Assembly: GCA_050251055.1 (NCBI GenBank)
Contig: JBFWNL010000007.1
Span: 96,001 to 160,000, forward strand
Direction of reading: 5' to 3'
From: Bacteriovoracia bacterium
Lineage (GTDB): Bacteria; Bdellovibrionota; UBA1018; JBFWNL01
DNA length: 64,000 nucleotides
Shown: positions 54,253 to 63,055 of the stretch, one piece after another
Numbering within the stretch: the stretch's first letter is position 1
How the letters are laid out: each line of letters opens with the position of its first letter
Translations under genes and position numbers: made by a program
Notes under the pieces: model-generated
What the model was told of the DNA's origin: nothing
Seen by the model: the letters and a program-made list of their open reading frames with translations, nothing else
Databases searched by the model: none

Positions 54253-55047
54253 CTATTTGCCCAGGATTTCCTTGAAGAAGTCGCGCATGGCCTGCCACGA
54301 ACGGCGATCCGCGTCCGCGTGGTAGGCTTGGCCTTTGCTGGGGTCGTTGCCCGCGTCTTTATGGGTGAAGGAATGCACGGCGCCGGAGTACTTCACGAGC
54401 TGCCAATCGACCTTACCTGCGCGCATTTCGTCCTCGAAGGCCTTTACCTCTTCGTCCTTCACGAACGGGTCATCGGCTCCGTGCAGGGCGAGCACCTTCG
54501 CTTTCACATTTTTTGCGTCCTCGGGCTTGGGAGTGCCCAGCCCACCGTGAAAACTGACCACGCCCTTCACGTCGGCGCCGGAGCGGGCGAGTTCGAGCAC
54601 GGTGGTGCCGCCGAAGCAGTAACCAATGGCGGCGAGGTGAGATGCGTCCACGCCTTTCTGCTTTTTCAGCTCTTCCAGGGCCGCGTTTACGTGGATGCGC
54701 AGTTTCGCGCGGTCGTTCTTGAAGCTGCCCGACAGGGCGGCGGCGTCTTTTGGGTCTTGGGGACGGATCCCCTTGCCGTAAATGTCGGCGGCGAAGGCGA
54801 CGTACCCGAGTTTAGCCAGCATGTCGGCGCGTTCCTTGGCGTTCGCATCGAGCCCCTTCCATGCATGAACGACCAGCACGCCGGGCTTCTTCTTAGGTCC
54901 GACCGAATCGACCGCGAGGTAGCCCTCGAAGACGGTGTCGCCGATTTTGTACTCCACGTTTTGGGTCTTGATGGCGGCGGGCGCGGTAGCCGGGAAGAGC
55001 AGCGCGAAGATCAAAGTGAATGGGGCGATGGCAATAGCGCGAAGCAT
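54253..55047 (-). CDS. Dienelactone hydrolase family protein (exported)
   Basis: Signal peptide; GYCFGG, HGADD, GAVHSF. Confidence 0.92.
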   Translation of the reverse strand: MLRAIAIAPFTLIFALLFPATAPAAIKTQNVEYKIGDTVFEGYLAVDSVGPKKKPGVLVVHAWKGLDANAKERADMLAKLGYVAFAADIYGKGIRPQDPKDAAALSGSFKNDRAKLRIHVNAALEELKKQKGVDASHLAAIGYCFGGTTVLELARSGADVKGVVSFHGGLGTPKPEDAKNVKAKVLALHGADDPFVKDEEVKAFEDEMRAGKVDWQLVKYSGAVHSFTHKDAGNDPSKGQAYHADADRRSWQAMRDFFKEILGK

Positions 55048-55106
55048 AATGAATTCTCCTTTGGGAGAGGGGAGTATAGCCCGACGATCGCGGCTGGCAA
55101 CGCTTT

Positions 55107-56366
55107 TTAGGCGTTCAGTTCACGGTACTTTTGCGAGCTCTTGCGCAATATCGGCACGATGAGCGCAAGCCAGATGAGCGCGCAGCCGAACGACATCCAG
55201 GAGTAGAAGGTTACCCCGACGAGTCCAACGAGTCGCGCACCCAATATGCCGAGCGACGCGCCTCCTTTGGCCGTGCGGTACCCGAATACGTCGATGAACT
55301 CCTTGGCGCGGTAGCGCGCATCGAACGGAAGCGGAACGTACAAAAGTTCCTTCGTGATGCGGAAAAACGAGTAATCGAAGGACTTGAAGAGCAGGAACGC
55401 CGCGCTGACGGTGGTGAGCGACGGATAAAAAACCGCGGCGCCCGTGGCAATCACGTGCACGGTCGGAATCATGGCCTGGATAAAGACGGTGCCAAACCAC
55501 TTCAGGGCTAGAGGCGCGACGAGGAATTGAAAGGTGAACGAAAACCCGTTGAGGATCGCATAGAACTGGCCCGAGTAGGCGGTTTGTGAATTCAGATCCG
55601 GTATAGCTTGCTGCAAATAGCTTTGGAAATTCAGTCCGATCACGGCCGCCAGGGCCTGGGTCGTGACCACGAGAAGCAAGATCACGTTGAGCATGGGGAT
55701 ATCGCGAAAGAGCTTTAGATTGAGTTTCAGCTCGGCGAATATTCCGCCGGCGTGCGCTTGTTTCTGGGAAGTCTCGCTCGGCGCTTCGAATAGGCGATCG
55801 GCCACTTTTTTATAGGCGATGTTCGCAAGGAAAGTCGCCGGAAAAACGGACGCGGCCGTGAAGATGAGCAGCTGTTGCGTACCCAGCGTGTGCGCCGCCT
55901 TGCTGACGAACAACCCGCCCACGATGGATCCGATGCTGGCGCTTCCGAGGAAAAATCCGTTCCAGCTTTTCGCGGTGGGTGCGTCGAGCGTGCTGTCGAT
56001 GAAGGACCAATACTGCTCGAGAATCAGCACGAGATAAATTTCGCGAAAGATATACAGGAACCAGCGCATCACCGTGACATTGCCGGCGATCGATGCGTAG
56101 GTGAGGAAAAGGATGACTCCGCAAGCCAGGCTCGTGACGACCAACGTACGGCGCGGGCCCATCTTGGAGAGGATCTTATTGTAAAACAGTAAGATGACGA
56201 ACATCGAGGGCAGCATGAGCGCCAGTACAACGGGAAGATTCTCCGTGCCATAGGCTTGCTGAAACAGGGTATTGGAGGCGCTCCTGACGCATTCATAACC
56301 AAAGAAGAGGGTGAATACCGCAAAACACATGTAGGCCATCATGGCCCGGAGCTGTTTTTTTGCCAT
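55107..56366 (-). CDS. Npt1/Npt2-like (TLC family) MFS nucleotide transporter
   Basis: About 12 TMs; Y.CVR, QYWSF, KSFDYS, KELLYVPL...RYRAKEFIDVFGYR.AK. Confidence 0.75.
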   Translation of the reverse strand: MAKKQLRAMMAYMCFAVFTLFFGYECVRSASNTLFQQAYGTENLPVVLALMLPSMFVILLFYNKILSKMGPRRTLVVTSLACGVILFLTYASIAGNVTVMRWFLYIFREIYLVLILEQYWSFIDSTLDAPTAKSWNGFFLGSASIGSIVGGLFVSKAAHTLGTQQLLIFTAASVFPATFLANIAYKKVADRLFEAPSETSQKQAHAGGIFAELKLNLKLFRDIPMLNVILLLVVTTQALAAVIGLNFQSYLQQAIPDLNSQTAYSGQFYAILNGFSFTFQFLVAPLALKWFGTVFIQAMIPTVHVIATGAAVFYPSLTTVSAAFLLFKSFDYSFFRITKELLYVPLPFDARYRAKEFIDVFGYRTAKGGASLGILGARLVGLVGVTFYSWMSFGCALIWLALIVPILRKSSQKYRELNA

Positions 56367-56458
56367 GATTTCAGGCTACTTGAATTCTTTCCGTTCACCA
56401 GGGGAAATTAGAGAAAATTAATCGAAGTTTCATCCCGTCTTCATTCCCTTAACCGATA

Positions 56459-56971
56459 GTGAAGGACATGTGGAAACGGGTTCAGAATTTCTTGCCGACG
56501 TTGGTGGTGATTGTAGGGATTTTTGCCTTCCGTTGGAGCTTTGCCGATCAATACGTGATCCCGTCGGGTTCGATGGAGCCTACGATTCAGATCGGCGATC
56601 ATGTGATCGTCAATAAATTGGCCTACGATTTTCGCGCTCCTTTCTCGGACTCCGCGTTATTTCGCACGGGGGAACCCCGGCGCGGCGACGTGATCGTATT
56701 CATCGATCCACGCGACGGGAGTACGCGGCTCATCAAGCGCCTGGCGGGACTGCCCGGCGAACGTATCGAGGTGGATGGCCGGGTTTGGCAAGTGCCTCCC
56801 GGGGAGTACTTCTTCCTGGGCGATAATCGCGGCAACAGCGCCGACAGCCGGTATTGGGGGACGGTGAAACGGTCGGCGTTGTTAGGACGGGCCACGCGGA
56901 TTTTCTATTCGGTGACGTGGCCCGGGGTTTTGCCCGAGGTGAGTTTTGCCCGGAGTGGCCTGACTTTGTAG
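56459..56971 (+). CDS. lepB: Signal peptidase I
   Basis: IPSGSMEPT, GDVIVF, LIKR, FFLGDNRGNSADSRYWG. Confidence 0.93.
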   Translation: MKDMWKRVQNFLPTLVVIVGIFAFRWSFADQYVIPSGSMEPTIQIGDHVIVNKLAYDFRAPFSDSALFRTGEPRRGDVIVFIDPRDGSTRLIKRLAGLPGERIEVDGRVWQVPPGEYFFLGDNRGNSADSRYWGTVKRSALLGRATRIFYSVTWPGVLPEVSFARSGLTL

Positions 56972-56999
56972 TGAACGAAAACGAAAGGAAAGAGCAAGC

Positions 57000-57743
57000 A
57001 TGAGGAATGGACGGTATCGGAGCGCGCGGAGATGGACATCGTTAGGGTTGGTCGCCGTGGTTGGGGGAGGCGGCACGATCGGTTCGGCGCGGGCCGATTC
57101 TTTTGGCGAGAAGTGCGGCGACATTCCGGGGTGCGCCCGGGCCGTGGGTGAGCTCTTAAAGCAAAAATACATTTTCGACGCCGACGTTCGCGGTGGGATG
57201 AAAAGCAGCGGCAATGTCGAGCTCACGGCGGAGAATGCCGAAGTCCTTTTCACGAGCATGCTCAACGCCAACGGCTATACGCGCGTACCCGTCGGCGACG
57301 GTAAAACCTACCAGATTCAACGCCAGCGCGACGCGCGCGACACCGCGATTCCCTTCGTCACGGCCAGCCGCGAGCAGGCCCCCGTCCTGCCTGCTAACTG
57401 GGACATGATGACGTTAAAGTATCGGGCTTCCCATCCCGAGGTCATCGAGCAGATCGCCCGCGTTTGCCGGTCCTTCATGCCGGCTGGGGCACGTATCATT
57501 CCTTCCGACTTGGGCGGTGGCATGTTGCTCGTCACCGATACGGCGATGAACTTGCGCAAGGTTTACGAGATCATCCGCGATCACGACCAAAAACCCGGAC
57601 CCGAGCAGAAACGTCGGTGGGCAGAGCGAGAGCGCAAAGCCGCGGAACGGGAGCGACGAGAAGAGCGCGAGGGGTGGCGCGGTCCGCCGGGGCGCCACGA
57701 GGCCAAACCCGAAAAATCAGAGCCCAAGTCGGAGACCGGTTAG
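57000..57743 (+). CDS. Secretin N-terminal (GspD N0/N1-like) domain protein lacking the secretin barrel
   Basis: VGELLKQKYIFDADVRG...LFTSMLNANGYTRV (N0-like); LKY...LLVTDTAMNLRKVYEII (N1-like); ends in a charged tail. Confidence 0.65.
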   Translation: MRNGRYRSARRWTSLGLVAVVGGGGTIGSARADSFGEKCGDIPGCARAVGELLKQKYIFDADVRGGMKSSGNVELTAENAEVLFTSMLNANGYTRVPVGDGKTYQIQRQRDARDTAIPFVTASREQAPVLPANWDMMTLKYRASHPEVIEQIARVCRSFMPAGARIIPSDLGGGMLLVTDTAMNLRKVYEIIRDHDQKPGPEQKRRWAERERKAAERERREEREGWRGPPGRHEAKPEKSEPKSETG

Positions 57744-58654
57744 CTCATGCCCGGCGGTCGTTGACTCACCAGGAATTGAGCCAGGTTTCGCATGTCTTCC
57801 AGGCGGGGGAAGCTCTCCCGGCAGTAGAGGGAGAGCTTCCTCCCCACCTGCTTGCTCTCGAAGGGGCGGTAGTCCACGAGGTGAGCGAGCAGCTCCTTGT
57901 CCCGAGCCGCGAGCAAAGGCACCAGCGTATAGCCGGCGCCGGTGGCAACCAGTTGCTTGAGGGTTTCCAGGCTGGCCGCGTGGAAGGGGCGATTGGGCGT
58001 GCGTCGGCTGGCGGGACAGAAGTCCACCGTTTGGTCTTTCAGACAGTGACCGTCTTCTAATAACACCATCTCCCCGGCATCGAGGTCCGCCGTGCGAATC
58101 TTCGCTTTTTTCGCGAGCGCGTGGCCGTGTGGCGCCGCCAACAAAAACGGTTCGAAGAAGAGGGGAAACTCATGCAGTCCGTGCGAATCGAAGGTGGGGG
58201 AGGCAATCGCGGCATCCAGGGCGCCGGCGCGCAGATCCTCGATCAGCGTTTCTGTTAGGCCCTCTTTGATGACGAGCTGGAGCTGGGGATAGTGCTTGCG
58301 TAGGGGCCGGAGAAGATGAGGTAGGAGATAAGGCCCTACCGACGCGATGGCGCCCAAGCTTAGGTGGCCATCAAAGGGGCCGCGGCGAGTGGCGCCGAGC
58401 TGGGCGAGGCGTCTTGCTTCTTCTAGTACTACCTTTGCTTGCTGAACGATCGCCCGGCCTGGATCGGTGAGGCTGACCCGGCGATTCGTTCGTTCAAAAA
58501 CCGTCTGGCCAAGGATCTCCTCGGCCTTCTTTACCTGGCCGCTCAACGCCGGCTGGCTGACGTGACAGGCTCGGGCCGCGCGTCCGAAATGACCGTGCTC
58601 GGCCACGGCCACGAGGTATTCCAAATCCCGTAAAGAAATCGCCGGCAGATTCAT
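57740..58654 (-). CDS. oxyR: Hydrogen peroxide sensor, LysR family
   Basis: LysR HTH; LLEDGHCLKDQTVDFC with both redox cysteines; divergent from ahpC. Confidence 0.93.
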   Translation of the reverse strand: MNLPAISLRDLEYLVAVAEHGHFGRAARACHVSQPALSGQVKKAEEILGQTVFERTNRRVSLTDPGRAIVQQAKVVLEEARRLAQLGATRRGPFDGHLSLGAIASVGPYLLPHLLRPLRKHYPQLQLVIKEGLTETLIEDLRAGALDAAIASPTFDSHGLHEFPLFFEPFLLAAPHGHALAKKAKIRTADLDAGEMVLLEDGHCLKDQTVDFCPASRRTPNRPFHAASLETLKQLVATGAGYTLVPLLAARDKELLAHLVDYRPFESKQVGRKLSLYCRESFPRLEDMRNLAQFLVSQRPPGMS

Positions 58655-58698
58655 AAGTTATTCCTATTATTATATTAACATTAATCGATTGGAATTAT
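58653..58698. promoter_or_regulatory. OxyR operator
   Basis: ATAA-N7-CTAT-N7-TTAA-N7-CGAT (58653-58689) plus ATCG-N7-TTAT (58684-58698). Confidence 0.7.
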
Positions 58699-58757
58699 CA
58701 ACCCAAACTCCCGTAAGGTGGGGAAAGAAGCAAACCTTGAAGGAGGATTTGAAACCT

Positions 58758-59303
58758 ATGTCTCGTATCTTAAGCGTCGGGGAGACCTTCCCTGATTTTT
58801 CCATGCAAGCCTGCGTATCGATCGAAAAGGGGAAGGAGTTTGCCACCCTGGACTCCTCGAAAATGAAGGGCAAGTGGTCCGTCGTATTCTTTTGGCCGCT
58901 CGACTTCACGTTCGTTTGCCCGACGGAGATCGCCGAATTCAACAAAGAAGTGAAAGCGTTCCGCGAACGCGACGCCGAAGTTTATGGCGTGAGCACGGAT
59001 AGCCACTTCGTCCACCTAGCTTGGCGTCAGAACCACGCCGACCTGAAGAACCTCGCGTTTCCCATGTTGGCGGATAACAAAAAGGAGTTGAGCGAGGCCC
59101 TGGGGATCCTGCACAAGACCGACAAGGTCCCGCTTCGCGCGACGTTCATCGTCGATCCGGATCGCGTGATTCGTTGGGTGAGTGTCAACGACTTGAGCGT
59201 GGGGCGTAACGTGAAGGAAGTCATCCGTACGCTGGACGCCTTGCAGACCGACGAACTTTGTCCCTGCAATTGGCAGAAGGGCCAAGACACCTTGAAGGTT
59301 TAA
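58758..59303 (+). CDS. ahpC: 2-Cys peroxiredoxin
   Basis: FWPLDFTFVCPTEI, GRN..E, LCPCNW; GGAGG SD. Confidence 0.95.
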   Translation: MSRILSVGETFPDFSMQACVSIEKGKEFATLDSSKMKGKWSVVFFWPLDFTFVCPTEIAEFNKEVKAFRERDAEVYGVSTDSHFVHLAWRQNHADLKNLAFPMLADNKKELSEALGILHKTDKVPLRATFIVDPDRVIRWVSVNDLSVGRNVKEVIRTLDALQTDELCPCNWQKGQDTLKV

Positions 59304-59327
59304 CGCAAGAGGAAATAGGAGAACAAA

Positions 59328-59873
59328 ATGGAAGCGACCCAACTAGAAAAATTGGAGAACCTGCTCGGCGAGGGCCAAACCGCCATCGCCCGGGATCTGA
59401 ATCTCAACTTGAAACGCGTATTGACGGAAGGGTCGTTGAGTGGCGAGGAGGGCCTGCTGACCCTCCTCGCTACGGCCACCTCGGTCGAGCATCGTACACT
59501 CGCGGAATTTGCCCAGGAGGCGCTCGCGGCTTCCGGAATGGATCCTGCACTGATTCAAGAAGCACGTGAGAGCGCCGCTATGATGGGCATGCTGAATATG
59601 TATTACCGTTTTCGGCACATGATCGGTGCCGAAAATGGCAAGGCAGATGATTACCGCACTGCGGGGTTGCGCATGACGGCGCTCGCGAAGCCGGTGTTAG
59701 GCAAGGAGCGCTTCGAGATGCTGGCATTCGCGGTTTCGGTGCTGAACGGGTGCGAGAGTTGCATCCGTTCGCATGAAAAGGTGTTACGGGACCATGGATT
59801 GAGCGCCGATAAAGTTCACGATCTGGTGCGGATCGCGGCGGTGGTGAAAGCGCAAAAGGCGCTGAAATTTTAA
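59328..59873 (+). CDS. ahpD: Alkylhydroperoxidase AhpD
   Basis: MGMLNMYYRF, GLRM, AVSVLNGCESCIRSH. Confidence 0.92.
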   Translation: MEATQLEKLENLLGEGQTAIARDLNLNLKRVLTEGSLSGEEGLLTLLATATSVEHRTLAEFAQEALAASGMDPALIQEARESAAMMGMLNMYYRFRHMIGAENGKADDYRTAGLRMTALAKPVLGKERFEMLAFAVSVLNGCESCIRSHEKVLRDHGLSADKVHDLVRIAAVVKAQKALKF

Positions 59874-59887
59874 GGGAGGACCTAACT

Positions 59888-60379
59888 ATGAAATCAGAAT
59901 CGAAGATGGATATTGGAATTGAAGAAAAAGACCGCAAACAGATCGCGGACGGCTTGTCGCGGATGCTCGCCGACTCGTACACGCTCTATCTGAAGACGCA
60001 TAAATTTCACTGGAACGTCACAGGCCCGAGCTTTAACTCGTTGCACGCGATGTTCGAGAAGCAGTATCAGGAGCTGGCGCTAGCCGTAGACGAGATCGCT
60101 GAACGCATCCGCGCCCTGGGATTCATGGCGCCGGGGAGCTACCACGAGTTCCTCGAGCTTTCCTCCATCAAGGAGGAGCGCGGGGCGCTCGATGCGAAGT
60201 CGATGATTCGCATCCTGCTCGAAGGGCAAGAGGCCGTGGTGCGCACGGCCCGGAAAGTTTTCCCGGTGGTGGATCAAAATCACGACCAACCCTCAGCCGA
60301 CCTGCTGACTCGCCGCATGGAAACGCACGAAAAAACGGCGTGGATGCTGCGGAGTTTGCTGGAGAATGAACATCGCTAA
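59888..60379 (+). CDS. dps: DNA-binding ferritin-like protein Dps
   Basis: LYLKTHKFHWNVTGP, LH.MFE, DEIAERIRALG, HEKTAWML. Confidence 0.95.
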   Translation: MKSESKMDIGIEEKDRKQIADGLSRMLADSYTLYLKTHKFHWNVTGPSFNSLHAMFEKQYQELALAVDEIAERIRALGFMAPGSYHEFLELSSIKEERGALDAKSMIRILLEGQEAVVRTARKVFPVVDQNHDQPSADLLTRRMETHEKTAWMLRSLLENEHR

Positions 60380-60483
60380 TGCGGGTGGATCGAATCGAGC
60401 AAATTGACGCGCGGGATTAGGTATTTTCGGTATTCAAATCCATCCTCTTGATTTACTCACTTCTGGGTAACCGGGAGGATGGG

Positions 60484-62421
60484 TTGAAGCCGTATCGTCT
60501 ATTCACGTTCGTCTTGTTTTCTGGGGTGCTCGCCTGCGGAAAGCTTACCGAAAAAGAAGCCGCGTTTCTTCCGCTACCCCCGTCGGTCGGCGAATCTTCC
60601 GAGGCTCCGGCCTGGCCGGAAACATGTGGTTCACTACCGTTGTCGGTGAGCGATCTCGCCCGGACCACCCAGACTCCAGACGCTTCTCCGCTGGAATCTC
60701 CTCCGGTGGATTGGGAAAAGCGTCGCTGGCTTGAGAAAACCGTGCGGTCCCTTCGCGCCGGTAGGGGGTTTGACAAGGAAGACGATATTCAGGCGTGGCT
60801 GAAGCTCAGCCGTGAGCAAGTCATCGACCGATTGATGAAGGACCCGCGCTTCATTGACGCCGTCTATGAATTCAATCTCTATTTCTTGGGAGAGAAGCGT
60901 GGTGGGTTTGCGATCAACCCGGACGCCGTCCAGGCCGCTACCTCCGCGCTTTCCGTGCACCAAGGCTGCCGTTACCTATCGTTCTTCGACTACTCGCATC
61001 CCTATTATCCGCAAGCCCTCCAGGATCCCGCGCGCATGACGGATGAGGAGTTAAAGCTCCCGCGCATGGAGTTGCGCCGGCGTCGTATCGCCGACGCGAA
61101 CTTGTTGATCGAAACCGTGGTGGTGCAGGCCCGCGCGAACCCGGATCTCGTGCCCAAGGAGTTTTGCGCGCAGCAGATGAACGGCCTCTTCGGCACGCTC
61201 TTTCTGCCGGGATACGGAAGTCTATTCGAGATTGTTATTCGGTACATCGACCCGCTTTTTGAGTTGTGCGCCTCTTCGTCGACCACGCCCGCGGAGCTCG
61301 TGGCCGCGCTCGAGCTTTTTCGACGCCAGATAGGGAATTTTTTTGAAATCGGGCTCGCCTACGATCCCGCCGCCTACGATCCGAAACGTGTCGTGGACCT
61401 GCGCCCGATTTTCCCGGAACAGGTCGGATTGCCGAAGAATTCCTTTACCCAGATGACCTCGAACGTCCGCAACACGCTGACGAATTCATCGACGAACTAC
61501 AATCGTAAACGGGCCGCGAGCTATTTGAAGCGCTTTTTCTGCGACGACCTCACCCCCATTAACGTGGAGAATCCCACCGACCATACCAAGGGACAGCATG
61601 GATCCAACCCGGCGTGCTTTTCCTGTCATTATAAACTCGATCCCATGGCGGGCTTTTTTAAAGATTTCGGACAGCAGTTCAAGGATTTCTCGAGTTCGGA
61701 AACCATAACTTTCGACGACATGGCTACGGTCAACCGTTCGTCGTACCAAGACTCGTGGCGGGCGCCGCCCGCCGCCGGACGCGAGTGGAATATCGGGTAT
61801 GTGCGCTCGGTCACCGACGAAAGCTTGAACGACTACGCGACTTCGTTGCCGGATCTTTTCCGTATTATTCAGACGGCGCCGGAGGTTAAGCGTTGCGTGG
61901 TGAAGCGCATGTTCGAGTACTTCGTGGCCGAGGATCAGGCGATCGACGGCGGTTATTTGGACTACTTGGCTAGTGAGTTTATCGAGAACTCAAAGATCAA
62001 CTCGGCCGAGGCATTCAAGCTCACTACCGCGCGACTGCTCTTGAGCCGAAGTTTTCAGGAACCCGATCTAGTGCCCGATCAATGCTACGACTACGCTCCG
62101 GGGTACGACTCGAAGGGCGCTCCTCCCTGTCAGGTCGCTTTCCTGCTGCGCAGGCATTGCGTGAGCTGTCACGGACCAGATGGTGGCGCTTTCGGTGGCC
62201 TCGATCTTTCGCGTTGGGTGAAGGGGCCAGACGGTCGCTTCACCTTCCCGCATTTGAACGATGAGGATGAACAACGTCCGCTCGGGGAGACTTTTACTCG
62301 TATCATAAATCGGCTTTCAACCAGCAATCCGGATCGGCGCATGCCCTTGCGCAAACACATGGACGCGGGCGACCGTGAGAAACTCTACCTGTGGGCGAAC
62401 GGGATGGTGAAGCATGAATAA
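60484..62421 (+). CDS. Diheme c-type cytochrome lipoprotein (DUF1549/DUF1588/DUF1585/PSCyt-like)
   Basis: GGAGG then TTG 60484; lipobox VLAC; HGSNPACFSCH..LDP; RCVVKRMFEY; C-terminal CVSCHG...GGLDL...MP. Confidence 0.75.
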   Translation: MKPYRLFTFVLFSGVLACGKLTEKEAAFLPLPPSVGESSEAPAWPETCGSLPLSVSDLARTTQTPDASPLESPPVDWEKRRWLEKTVRSLRAGRGFDKEDDIQAWLKLSREQVIDRLMKDPRFIDAVYEFNLYFLGEKRGGFAINPDAVQAATSALSVHQGCRYLSFFDYSHPYYPQALQDPARMTDEELKLPRMELRRRRIADANLLIETVVVQARANPDLVPKEFCAQQMNGLFGTLFLPGYGSLFEIVIRYIDPLFELCASSSTTPAELVAALELFRRQIGNFFEIGLAYDPAAYDPKRVVDLRPIFPEQVGLPKNSFTQMTSNVRNTLTNSSTNYNRKRAASYLKRFFCDDLTPINVENPTDHTKGQHGSNPACFSCHYKLDPMAGFFKDFGQQFKDFSSSETITFDDMATVNRSSYQDSWRAPPAAGREWNIGYVRSVTDESLNDYATSLPDLFRIIQTAPEVKRCVVKRMFEYFVAEDQAIDGGYLDYLASEFIENSKINSAEAFKLTTARLLLSRSFQEPDLVPDQCYDYAPGYDSKGAPPCQVAFLLRRHCVSCHGPDGGAFGGLDLSRWVKGPDGRFTFPHLNDEDEQRPLGETFTRIINRLSTSNPDRRMPLRKHMDAGDREKLYLWANGMVKHE

Positions 62422-63055
62422 GGCATTGATCGGAATCGCTTCTCTCTTTTTGCTTTTAGCGGGCAAGCCACTGTCGGCGAGTACGGAGGTAGTCGCCAAT
62501 TTCCGCGGCCATCAGGTGATTGCGCAACTGTTACGGGACCGCTTTTTGACCGCGGGGGCTAAGCCCTGGCAGTTTTCGATGTATTTGAGTGACGACTCTG
62601 GAATGCCGTCGGATCCTTCGATGGGCGGCTTGGGATCTTTACTCGACCTCATGGGTACCCTAGGCGGAGGCCCGTTGAATAGCCGCTTTCAAAACGGCCA
62701 AGCCAATGCGGTGAACTCCCTGCTCTGGCACCTGGTGTTGAGCGGGGTGGCGGAGGACCTAGGCAGCATTTGCGACGGTGGCCGTAAGCGGGGTTTTAAT
62801 CCGGAAGACTTGAAAGGGGAAGTTCGGAACCGCGTTATGGTAGCCTGTCCCTGGCCCGCGCCCGAAGCCAAGACCGATGCTGTGCTCTTGGATTTTTGGC
62901 TGACCGTGATGTCTTACGATGCGCCTTACTCGGAATTCGAAGCCTGGCGTGATTTCGTCCGCAGTGGAGCTTTAGATGGTTTGCATGATAAGTACGCCGT
63001 CCGAGAGCTCGCTTACGCGATCTTATTCAACCCTCATTTCCTGGTGACCAAATGA
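62414..63055 (+). CDS. Secreted hypothetical protein
   Basis: Signal peptide; overlaps both neighbours; C-terminus AILFNPHFL. Confidence 0.75.
   Translation: MNKALIGIASLFLLLAGKPLSASTEVVANFRGHQVIAQLLRDRFLTAGAKPWQFSMYLSDDSGMPSDPSMGGLGSLLDLMGTLGGGPLNSRFQNGQANAVNSLLWHLVLSGVAEDLGSICDGGRKRGFNPEDLKGEVRNRVMVACPWPAPEAKTDAVLLDFWLTVMSYDAPYSEFEAWRDFVRSGALDGLHDKYAVRELAYAILFNPHFLVTK

Noticed and set aside
56452-56459. ACCGATAG as a sigma28 -10 element for lepB
   Set aside because: No matching -35 element at 11-nt spacing.
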